Origin: an uncultured Ignavibacteriaceae bacterium
GTDB taxonomy: Bacteria; Bacteroidota; Ignavibacteria; UBA10030
Assembly (NCBI GenBank): GCA_964534125.1
Contig: CAZHOJ010000003.1
Coordinates: 265,188 to 329,187 of the forward strand
Length of the DNA stretch: 64,000 nt
Reading direction: 5' to 3'
The translations under genes were made by a program, and so were the position numbers. The notes under the pieces are model-generated. The model saw only the letters and a program-made list of their open reading frames with translations, was not told where the DNA came from and ran no database searches. Shown here piece by piece: positions 17,851 to 25,499 of this stretch. Numbering within the stretch: the stretch's first letter is position 1; every line of letters starts with the position of its first letter.

Positions 17851-17997
17851 GCAGAGGTCAGAAATCGGAGGTCAGATACAGGAAGAGGGCGTTTGCAGGT
17901 TATTGCCTGACTACTGAAATCTGTCTTCTGTCATACTCTCCTTGTTTCTCTGCTCAGCTATCAATAGGTTACACCATCTTTGAAGAGCAGGAAGGCC

Positions 17998-18189
17998 ATG
18001 GGAACGAAGAAACGAACACCAGTCACGCCAGCATCACCACGAAAGCGATCGACGCGGTCCGGGGCAACGAAGTCAACTCCACCTGTTGCGCCTCCGGCGC
18101 CTCCAGCTGAAGAAGGAGAGATCCAGACGAAGGTCCTGGATACGCTTCTTTCCGTCGTCAAGCGTCTGCGGAAATCGCTCGGTTCCTGA
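17998..18189 (+). CDS. Small basic Pro-rich hypothetical protein
   Basis: 63 aa with AGGAAGG upstream of the ATG. No recognisable family. Confidence 0.35.
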   Translation: MGTKKRTPVTPASPRKRSTRSGATKSTPPVAPPAPPAEEGEIQTKVLDTLLSVVKRLRKSLGS

Positions 18190-18225
18190 ATCCGCCGTCG
18201 GCCGGATAGACACTTTGGTCCCGGC

Positions 18226-18265
18226 GAAAATAAATGAGCAAGGCAGATGATCCGCCTTGCTCATT
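18226..18265 (-). terminator. Intrinsic terminator of the Met/Lys/Glu-repeat gene
   Basis: 12-bp perfect stem AATGAGCAAGGC/GCCTTGCTCATT with a 9-nt loop. Read on the minus strand it is followed by TATTTT. Confidence 0.7.
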
Positions 18266-18304
18266 CACATGTGTGCCTCCCGAGGAGAGGCCGAACGAGG
18301 ACCG

Positions 18305-18733
18305 CTACTGGTCCTTCTTCTTCTTCACTTCCTCTTTCTTCTTCTCGTCATCCTTCTTCATCTGCTCCTCCTTCATCTTCTTCTCTCCCATCTTCTCCAT
18401 CTTCTCCGCTTTCTTGTCCATCATTTCACCCTTCTTCTCCATCTTCTCCCCCTTCTTCTCCATCATCTCGGCCTTCTTCTGCATTTCCTCCCCCTTCTTG
18501 ACCATCTCTTCGTTCCCCTCTTCCTTCCCCTTCTTCTGAAGCATCTCGCCCTTCTTCTTCATCTCCTCTGCCTTATCCTGCACCGCCTCGCCCTTCGCTT
18601 CCATCTTCTCACCCTTCTTCTCCATCATCTGCTCCTTCTTCGCCTCTTTCTTCACATCCTTCTCCTGCGCTGATGCCGGCTGGAGGACCAGCATCGCGAA
18701 CGCAACGACCAGGAATCCTGTGATGACTCTCAT
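18305..18733 (-). CDS. Secreted Met/Lys/Glu-rich heptad-repeat protein
   Basis: Signal peptide MRVITGFLVVAFAMLVLQPASAQ, then about 120 aa of (M/E)KKGE(K/M)M-type 7-aa (21-nt) repeats. AAGGAGAG RBS. The ORF extension to 18862 is rejected. Confidence 0.7.
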   Translation of the reverse strand: MRVITGFLVVAFAMLVLQPASAQEKDVKKEAKKEQMMEKKGEKMEAKGEAVQDKAEEMKKKGEMLQKKGKEEGNEEMVKKGEEMQKKAEMMEKKGEKMEKKGEMMDKKAEKMEKMGEKKMKEEQMKKDDEKKKEEVKKKKDQ

Positions 18734-18825
18734 AGTCACTCTCCTTGTGGTGTGGAACAACATGGCAGCATGGCCACTGCAAACCCATGCGACGATACCA
18801 CTTCTCTGCTTCAAATACCAGACAG

Positions 18826-19776
18826 CTATACGGTGGCCGCCCCGGCTTGTTTCAGATACCACTGCACCGTTCGTTCCAGCCCCGTTTCGATAGGAGTTGC
18901 GCGTACCCCGAAAGCCTGCCGGATCCGCCTGTCGTCCACAACAAAATCCTCAGTAAACTCATACATCATCTCGACCGTTTCCCGAGCAGGCGCAATGAAC
19001 AGGCCGGCGAGGCGCATCATGAAAGGTGTAATGATACTCATTCTCGATTCGGCACCAAGGATGCGGGCAGCTTCTTCGATTATTTTTCCCTGTGTCCAGG
19101 GGGCAGCATGCGGCGCGATCCACACCTTTCCGGCTGCATCTGTATGGGTTCCAATGATTGCTGCCGCCGTTCCAACGTCCTCGATGTATGCTACCGAATG
19201 GAGCTTGTCCTTCGCCCCGCTTATCTGAGCTTTCTTCCCCTTCACCAGATTTCCGAAGACCATTTCTCCCATTGCTGACCCGAGGACTCCGGGACCATAG
19301 TAATCGCTCGAGCGAAGGGTGGTCGCCTCCACGTCTCCTCTGCGGTGAGCATCCAGGACCTCCTGTGCCATGCGGGCACGCAGCGCCCCCTTCTTCGACC
19401 GTGGCTCGACCGGAGAGTCCTCTGTCATCGGGCCCGATGAGTCATACATGTAGAGGTTCTCGACCGAGACATACCGAGCACCCGCCGCCTTTGCCGCGGC
19501 AAGTGCTCCGGCCTGCAGGGAGGGAAAGAATTCGTGCCATTGGTGATACTCAGGGTTCAGTGCCTGATACACCACCGACGCACCGCGCGCTGCGTCCTTC
19601 GCTGCGGACAGGTCTGTGACGTCGGCAGCGACGATCTCTGCATCAGCAGGCATCAGGGATGGCCGCTTGCCTGACCGGTTCACGGCACGGATGGGGATAT
19701 TCTGCTCACGAAGGGAGCGTGCGATCCAGCATCCGACGGGACCCGTCCCGAAGATAACATGCAGATTGCTGGCCAT
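18826..19776 (-). CDS. NAD(P)-binding SDR/NmrA-like oxidoreductase
   Basis: HVIFGTGPVGCWIARSL Rossmann motif. GAGGAA lies upstream of the ATG at 19776. The ORF is open to 19809. Confidence 0.75.
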   Translation of the reverse strand: MASNLHVIFGTGPVGCWIARSLREQNIPIRAVNRSGKRPSLMPADAEIVAADVTDLSAAKDAARGASVVYQALNPEYHQWHEFFPSLQAGALAAAKAAGARYVSVENLYMYDSSGPMTEDSPVEPRSKKGALRARMAQEVLDAHRRGDVEATTLRSSDYYGPGVLGSAMGEMVFGNLVKGKKAQISGAKDKLHSVAYIEDVGTAAAIIGTHTDAAGKVWIAPHAAPWTQGKIIEEAARILGAESRMSIITPFMMRLAGLFIAPARETVEMMYEFTEDFVVDDRRIRQAFGVRATPIETGLERTVQWYLKQAGAATV

Positions 19777-19937
19777 ATGGTTCCTCAGAATGATCTGTAC
19801 GAGCGACACGCGAGACGAACATTCTGCAAATATACGAAGCTGTCATGGTCCGAACCAGCGTGTTTCAGGTCACGATGGTGATCGGGAACATGCCGTCTGT
19901 TCTGACGCGTGCGTATCCTGCATGTGGACATTGAACC

Positions 19938-20330
19938 ATGCTTTACGAGTGCAGACATACTATCAACGATGAAGGCCCGTACAAGCTGCGATGGTTCCAC
20001 AGCTCTTTCTTCGATCTCGATGTGTGGCTGGCTCCGGACGGATCAATCCATAGCTTCCTGCTCTCCTACAACAAGCCCAGGGACGAGCACGCTATCGCCT
20101 GGAGCACGGGCTCGGGATTTCTGCATCATAAGGTCGATGACGGCGAAGGCCGGCCCGGGAAACACAAATCATCCCCACTATTGCTCGCCAACGGTGACGT
20201 GGACGTCCCGCACCTTGCGGAGCGGTTCCGTCAGGAAAGCCGGGATATATCTCCGACCATCGCGGACTTCATCCTGCGGACGATCCTGACCCTGCCGAAA
20301 CCCCCTCCCCGGCCTGAGATGAGGTTCTGA
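19938..20330 (+). CDS. Hypothetical protein
   Basis: 130-aa ORF with ordinary composition and no recognised motif. Confidence 0.45.
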   Translation: MLYECRHTINDEGPYKLRWFHSSFFDLDVWLAPDGSIHSFLLSYNKPRDEHAIAWSTGSGFLHHKVDDGEGRPGKHKSSPLLLANGDVDVPHLAERFRQESRDISPTIADFILRTILTLPKPPPRPEMRF

Positions 20331-20406
20331 AGTTCCCGCTGGCGATTTGCATCATTGGACCGTACTATCGTAGAGTCCGTGACCACTACGACTACGGTGT
20401 CGACCG

Positions 20407-22011
20407 ATGCAGGCAACGTCCTTTCGTCGCAATCTGTTCGTCCTTCTTCTCGGCCTCCACGGCCTCTTCGCGCTGTTCTGGATCTCACGCCTGAGCACGG
20501 CGATCGATGATCAGCGGTACTACACCCTGTTCGACGACGCCATGGTCTCCATGCGGTATGCAAAGAACCTGGCCGATGGGAACGGACTTGTGTGGAACGC
20601 AGGAGGTGAGAAGGTCGAAGGATTCTCGAATCCCCTCTGGACCTTTGCGATGGCCGGCGCCCACCTGCTCGGGCTGCCGGCGCGGCATGTCAGCCTGGTG
20701 ATCCAGCTGCTGTCGGTCGGCCTGATGACCGGCACGCTCGTGTTCGTGCGGAAGATCGTCCTCCTGTTCGACCGGGAGGAGTCATACACACCCCATATTG
20801 CCGTGGTCCTCACGGCGTTCTATCTCCCGCTCCAATACTGGGGCATTCATGGCATGGAAGTGCATGCCCAGACCTTCCTGCTGGCTGTCGGCACGTATCT
20901 GATCCTCAAGGGAACGTTCAGGGACAGTGATCGCCACTTTTTTCACATTGTGCTTTTCATTGTTCCGTGGGTCCGGCTCGACTTCGTCGTTCCGTTCCTC
21001 GCCCTCCTTGGCGGCGCATGGCTCATCGACCGCAGGTCGAACACCCGTTCAGTGCTCGTCGGCATCGCCGTTCTCTGCGGAAGCGTCGCGGTCCAGACGG
21101 GGGCGCGATGGCTGTACTATGGCGACATCGTTCCCAACACGTTCCATCTGAAACTGTCGGATATCCCCCTCCTCCTGCGGTTCTCTGAAGGAAGCGCTGC
21201 GGTCATCTCATTCCTCGCCGGCGTCGGCCCGCTGCTTGTCGCTCTTGCGCTTGCCTCCCCCTGGCTGAAGCGGGCCAGGCCGCTGCATCTTCTGCTGCTC
21301 ATCCTGGCTGCACAGCTGGCATATACGATCTACATCGGCGGTGACAGCTGGGAGAGGTTCGGGGGGAGCAATCGTTTCATATCGGTGCAGATGCCTCTCT
21401 TCTTCTGTCTGGTCGCTCTCGCCGGGGTCCATGTCTTCAGGCTGGTCCTTTCGTCTCGCAGTACCGGCATCGGGCTGGGGAGCGTCGCAACTGCCGTTCT
21501 CGTCGTTGTGACGGGCCTCTGGATGATGCACAGAGAGACGCTCTGGCAGGACGGCGATTACCTTATGCTGCGTACGCAGCCGTACCACATCGTCGAACAC
21601 CGGAATCATGTGCGGAAGGCGGTGGCACTCGAGAAAGGGATCACGAAGGAGGCGAAGGTAGCTGTCGTGTGGGCAGGCATCGTGCCATACTTCATTGACA
21701 ATGAGTGCATCGATATTCTCGGTAAGAACGATCCCCGCATCGCCCGGCTGGCGGGGACTCCGCCGTCAGCAGCCTCACCCGGACCGTACGAGCCGGGACA
21801 CGTCAAAGTCGACTATGCGTATTCGATCGGTGAGCTCCGGCCGGATGTGATCGTCGAGCTATGGAACAGGAAGGAAGAAGCATTTGCGGCGATGGGAGAA
21901 GACTACATGCGGGGGACGATTGGCGGACAGGCGTTCTACTTCCGGAAGGGGTCGCCGGAGGTGCGGTGGGATAACGTGCACGATGTTGAGCCCATCGTGC
22001 CTGATGAATAG
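20407..22011 (+). CDS. GT-C-type polytopic membrane glycosyltransferase-like protein (ArnT/PMT-like)
   Basis: More than 10 TM segments. The first-loop motif YTLFDDAMVSMRYAKNLADGNGLVWNAGGEKVEGFSNPLW resembles GT-C arabinosyl/mannosyl transferases. Confidence 0.55.
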   Translation: MQATSFRRNLFVLLLGLHGLFALFWISRLSTAIDDQRYYTLFDDAMVSMRYAKNLADGNGLVWNAGGEKVEGFSNPLWTFAMAGAHLLGLPARHVSLVIQLLSVGLMTGTLVFVRKIVLLFDREESYTPHIAVVLTAFYLPLQYWGIHGMEVHAQTFLLAVGTYLILKGTFRDSDRHFFHIVLFIVPWVRLDFVVPFLALLGGAWLIDRRSNTRSVLVGIAVLCGSVAVQTGARWLYYGDIVPNTFHLKLSDIPLLLRFSEGSAAVISFLAGVGPLLVALALASPWLKRARPLHLLLLILAAQLAYTIYIGGDSWERFGGSNRFISVQMPLFFCLVALAGVHVFRLVLSSRSTGIGLGSVATAVLVVVTGLWMMHRETLWQDGDYLMLRTQPYHIVEHRNHVRKAVALEKGITKEAKVAVVWAGIVPYFIDNECIDILGKNDPRIARLAGTPPSAASPGPYEPGHVKVDYAYSIGELRPDVIVELWNRKEEAFAAMGEDYMRGTIGGQAFYFRKGSPEVRWDNVHDVEPIVPDE

Positions 22012-22046
22012 CAGGTGGATCCTAGGAATAGTCCCGGGTGACTTTC

Positions 22047-22193
22047 AACTGCCAAGCGATCAACTGCCAATGAACAGATGACTGCTAACCGTCAGTTGTC
22101 AAACAGAATGGTTTTGGATTACACAACCCTATTGGTAGTTCTCTTTTGGGCAGTTGGCAGTCAGTGACAATTGAGCATTGTCAATTGGCAGTT
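22047..22193. repeat. Palindromic word cluster (CAACTGCCAA x2 forward, TTGGCAG x2 reverse) between convergent genes
   Basis: CAACTGCCAA at 22047 and 22061, TTGGCAG at 22154 and 22184. TGACAAT-N5-ATTGTCA at 22165-22183. Confidence 0.6.
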
Positions 22194-22246
22194 ACCCGAA
22201 GGTCGACTTCATGCTGCTCCCGCTTCCTCCTGCCTGCTGATACTGC

Positions 22247-22807
22247 CTACTGATCTTCTCCCTTTACCGGAACCGCAAAGCTTCCCACCCCGCCCCCCAC
22301 GTCCGACACACGATATTCATCCGACAGATTAAAGGCAGCCAGCGCTTCAGAGATCTGTTTGGCTGCCCCCTTTATCTCATGTACGGTCCTCGCCGCGACT
22401 GACGGGTCAGCAGTACCTCCGGAGAGGGCATCTGCCTTCATCATGATGATCTCGAGGGGATTGTTCACCTTGTCCTGCACACCCCTGATGACCTCGTGAA
22501 GCGTCTTCACCTGGATGTGTTTGGTCTCGAGCTCTGAATGTGCATGCAGCCTGCGGCTCTCGGATTCATGCAACCGGGACCGATATTCGATGACTTTGAC
22601 GAGCGAAAAGGCCAGGAGCCAGAGAAACGGCACCGCAATGAAGGTCTCATAGACGCGGATGAAGCTTGCATCCCCTGTCTTGACCAGCCAGAAGAAACGG
22701 ATGATGCAGAGGAAGAGGTAAGAATAAATGATATATCCGGAAAGCGTAGCAGGATAGCGAACGACGAATGCTTTCAGGCTTTTCCAGAGCTCGCGTAGGG
22801 ACCTCAT
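22247..22807 (-). CDS. Membrane protein with a histidine-kinase DHp-like helix but no ATPase domain
   Basis: Two or three N-terminal TM segments, then ..VKTLHEVIRGVQDKVNNPLEII.. (an H-box-like helix). It ends 80 aa later without N/G1/G2 boxes. Start chosen at MRSLRELW. Confidence 0.5.
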   Translation of the reverse strand: MRSLRELWKSLKAFVVRYPATLSGYIIYSYLFLCIIRFFWLVKTGDASFIRVYETFIAVPFLWLLAFSLVKVIEYRSRLHESESRRLHAHSELETKHIQVKTLHEVIRGVQDKVNNPLEIIMMKADALSGGTADPSVAARTVHEIKGAAKQISEALAAFNLSDEYRVSDVGGGVGSFAVPVKGEDQ

Positions 22808-22995
22808 AGGTGTTCTCCGTGGATCGGAATGTGTCCGGCAATTCGATGAGCATTCCAATATATAGCACGCTTCGTTCCCCTGCGAGCGCCGGAACTGTTC
22901 CCGCATCATGTTGAATTCTCAGCAACGGGAATGCCAATATCGTATACTAGGGCGTCCCTTATCCATCTCGGCACCGGCCTACAACGGAGGATTCC

Positions 22996-24294
22996 ATGAA
23001 GGCTTCGTTCCTGCTCGTCCTCGCAGCCAGTTCGCTTTGCGTCGCCCAGCAACGATATGCTGATTCCCTCTTTGCAGTTCAACAGACCGACACGAACCTC
23101 GTCTATGCAACGGCTCCTCAGCTTCAATCGCCATACGCCGGCGAGAGTGCCACCCAGAGCACTAGCCTGAAAATGCATGTGTTCCAACCGGCGGGCGACA
23201 CGGAGCAGGAGCGGCCGATGCTGCTTTGTTTTCATGGCGGTGCGTTCGTCAGCGGGAACAAAGAGCATGATGACATGCTGGCCTTCTGCAGGACCTTCGC
23301 GGCGAAGGGGTACGTGACCGCGACCGTTCAATACCGGCTGGGCATGAACGCCACCAGCGCCGTCAGTGGTACTCGCTCTGTCTATCGGGCACTTCAGGAC
23401 GGCCGGGCGGCCATCCGATACGCAAAGGCCCATGCATCGACGTTCGGGATCGATACCTCGAGAGTCTTCATGCTCGGGAGCAGCGCCGGCGCTTTCATCG
23501 GCCTCCAGGCGATCTATATGAACACGTCGGCGGAAAAGCCTGCCGCCGCAGGACATATTTCCCATATGCCTCCGACGCTCGACGACGGTCCCGACCTCGG
23601 CGGACTGGATGCGATAGAGTCATCGTTGACCGGATTCGGCCAGCCGGCTGCCGTCATCTCCTTGTGGGGTGCCGTTCAGGATACCGTGCTTATTACCCCG
23701 ACCGACGTAACGCCCGTACTTCTGGTGCATGGCACCGCCGACAACATCGTTCCGTTCGGCGTGGGCTCGCCGTTCAACCTCACATCGCTTCCCGCCACAT
23801 ACGGCAGCAGCCCCATCCATGAGCGTCTGATGAACCTCGGCTTTCCCCATGAGACATACTTCGTCCCAGGAGAGGGGCATGAATTCTACGGGGTCTCCAA
23901 CGGCATGTGGAATCCGGCACCGAATGCATACTGGGACACGGTGGTCACGCGAGTCACGGAGTTCCTGCTTCCAAAGGTCACTTCAGTGAAGGAGGCGTAT
24001 TCCAATGACATTCCGGGAATGTTCGTGCTGGACCAGAACTTTCCGAATCCGTTCAATCCCTCGACCAGGATCTCCTTCCAACTTCCAATTGCTTCTCATG
24101 TTTCGCTCGCCGTGTATGATCTCCTCGGACGCGAGGTGGATGTGCTCCTTGACAGCAGGATGCCAGCGGGAGCCCACACGGCGGTCTGGAACGCAGCGCG
24201 CATGCCAACCGGCATGTATCTCTGCAAACTGACAGCGACGGCGCTGGATGGATCAACAGCATCCGGGATCAGAAGAATGGTCCTCCTTCGCTAG
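22996..24294 (+). CDS. Alpha/beta-hydrolase carbohydrate-esterase-like protein with a T9SS C-terminal sorting domain
   Basis: Signal peptide, HGGAFVSG (oxyanion), GSSAGA (nucleophile elbow), HGTADNIVP. CTD is NFPNPFNPSTRISF..RRMVLLR. Confidence 0.85.
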   Translation: MKASFLLVLAASSLCVAQQRYADSLFAVQQTDTNLVYATAPQLQSPYAGESATQSTSLKMHVFQPAGDTEQERPMLLCFHGGAFVSGNKEHDDMLAFCRTFAAKGYVTATVQYRLGMNATSAVSGTRSVYRALQDGRAAIRYAKAHASTFGIDTSRVFMLGSSAGAFIGLQAIYMNTSAEKPAAAGHISHMPPTLDDGPDLGGLDAIESSLTGFGQPAAVISLWGAVQDTVLITPTDVTPVLLVHGTADNIVPFGVGSPFNLTSLPATYGSSPIHERLMNLGFPHETYFVPGEGHEFYGVSNGMWNPAPNAYWDTVVTRVTEFLLPKVTSVKEAYSNDIPGMFVLDQNFPNPFNPSTRISFQLPIASHVSLAVYDLLGREVDVLLDSRMPAGAHTAVWNAARMPTGMYLCKLTATALDGSTASGIRRMVLLR

Positions 24295-24379
24295 GGATTT
24301 CTCGCACACATTCCCAACTCTGAGAATGCATGTTGATTTCCACACCCGGCTGACGTACGTTTGCTAGACCTATAGTGCT

Positions 24380-24457
24380 CCCCGGAGACCGGGGACACAG
24401 GAAATTCTGAAGGCCTCTGGGGAGCGCATCTGCGTTCACGGAGGCCTTCAATTTTTT
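24380..24457 (+). repeat. Two-hairpin element, copy A (the second hairpin is an intrinsic terminator)
   Basis: CCCCGG-AGA-CCGGGG (24380-24394), linker ACACAGGAAATTCTGAA, then stem TGAAGGCCTC/GAGGCCTTCA (24408-24450) plus ATTTTTT. Confidence 0.65.
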
Positions 24458-24494
24458 GGACCACTTTTGCAGGAGACCATCTCAAGAATACATA

Positions 24495-24586
24495 CCGCAG
24501 AGAACACAAAGAACACATGATCGATCCTCCCTCAATTCTGCTTTCTCTGCGTTCTTTGTGGCAATTTCTTCTGCGCTGAGAAGGTT
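24495..24586 (-). repeat. Intergenic repeat family R2, inverted copy
   Basis: The reverse complement matches 54476-54606 at both ends (..CAGAAGAAATTGCC[AG]CAAAGAAC.. and ATGTGTTCTTTGTGTTCTCTG). Confidence 0.6.
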
Positions 24587-24749
24587 TGTATAGCAACACC
24601 CAGCAGGACACGGAGCAACATCCCAAACCACCTGAAGGATGCTTTGTGTCATATCTGATCTCTGCGTGCTCCTGGACTTCCTTCCGCTTCCGAAGCCGTC
24701 CTCTCCCCTCCTTTCCAGCTGCTGAATGCCATTCTGAAAGTCGCCATCC

Positions 24750-25412
24750 ATGAACAAGGAATCGTTGTTCCAAAGACTGATCCCGGAACAATACCGGAAT
24801 CTCTATGCGGTTGCGTACTCGATCATATCCCTCCTCTCGATTCTTCTCTCAGTTCCGCGGATAGTCCGTGAAGCGGGAGGCCGCTCCGCTGGTATCGCCG
24901 CGGGCATTGTGTGGGGACTCCTGCTGATCGGTTCCGTTGTCTTCCTTATGGTGCGATGGAGCGATATCGCCCGATACCGGCGAAGATTGGTACAATCAAG
25001 CAATGTTCTTCTTGCCACGGGCTTCGTGCTTGCATCCGGCTGGATCGTGTACACGAGCGGCTCCCCCGTCCGTCTGTTAGCCTGGCCAGCTGTGATCCTT
25101 TTCTTTGCGATGATGTTCATCGGCGGCTCCATGCTCTTGCTGTGGTTGGGCCAACGCGAAGAACGAACGCTTGCGAACACCCTGAAAGACAGTTGTGCGC
25201 TTTTTCAGCAAACGTTCTTGAATGGAATAGCAGAGGCGATGAATGCAACGAAAGAGATGTATGGATTCGAGAGGTTCCATGCTGCGCTGGAGAAATGGCA
25301 CGATCTGCCGGCAACGGCAATACGGGACAGGCTGCTAGCAGATGTGAAGGAGTTCACGGGAGCAGCAGCGCAGCATGATGATATGACGGTAGTGGTAGTC
25401 AGAGTTCTATAA
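24750..25412 (+). CDS. Truncated paralog: 4-TM membrane domain fused to only the last ~60 aa of a SpoIIE/PP2C domain
   Basis: The C-terminus EAMNATKEMYGFERFHAALEKWHDLPATAIRDRLLADVKEF..HDDMTVVVVRVL is near-identical to the end of the 27899-30370 product. The rest of the PP2C domain is absent. Confidence 0.65.
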   Translation: MNKESLFQRLIPEQYRNLYAVAYSIISLLSILLSVPRIVREAGGRSAGIAAGIVWGLLLIGSVVFLMVRWSDIARYRRRLVQSSNVLLATGFVLASGWIVYTSGSPVRLLAWPAVILFFAMMFIGGSMLLLWLGQREERTLANTLKDSCALFQQTFLNGIAEAMNATKEMYGFERFHAALEKWHDLPATAIRDRLLADVKEFTGAAAQHDDMTVVVVRVL

Positions 25413-25499
25413 TTGGGCATAGAGCTTTCAGCCAACGGAATCAGTCATCAAAGAGAATATTGACAACGGGGACCGTTCGGACATTCGAGAAAGGTCAAA

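Noticed and set aside
18234-18673. Plus-strand ORFs of 84-138 aa made of S/F/L/P/H runs.
   Set aside because: They are the antisense reading of the 21-nt repeats of the Met/Lys/Glu-rich gene. That gene has a signal peptide, an RBS and a terminator on the minus strand.
24291-24791. Minus-strand ORFs (166 and 91 aa) in the gap between the esterase and the truncated PP2C gene.
   Set aside because: They are composed of the R2 repeat and two-hairpin element sequences (for example ..CVLCVLCG.. from the repeat). They have no start context or family resemblance.
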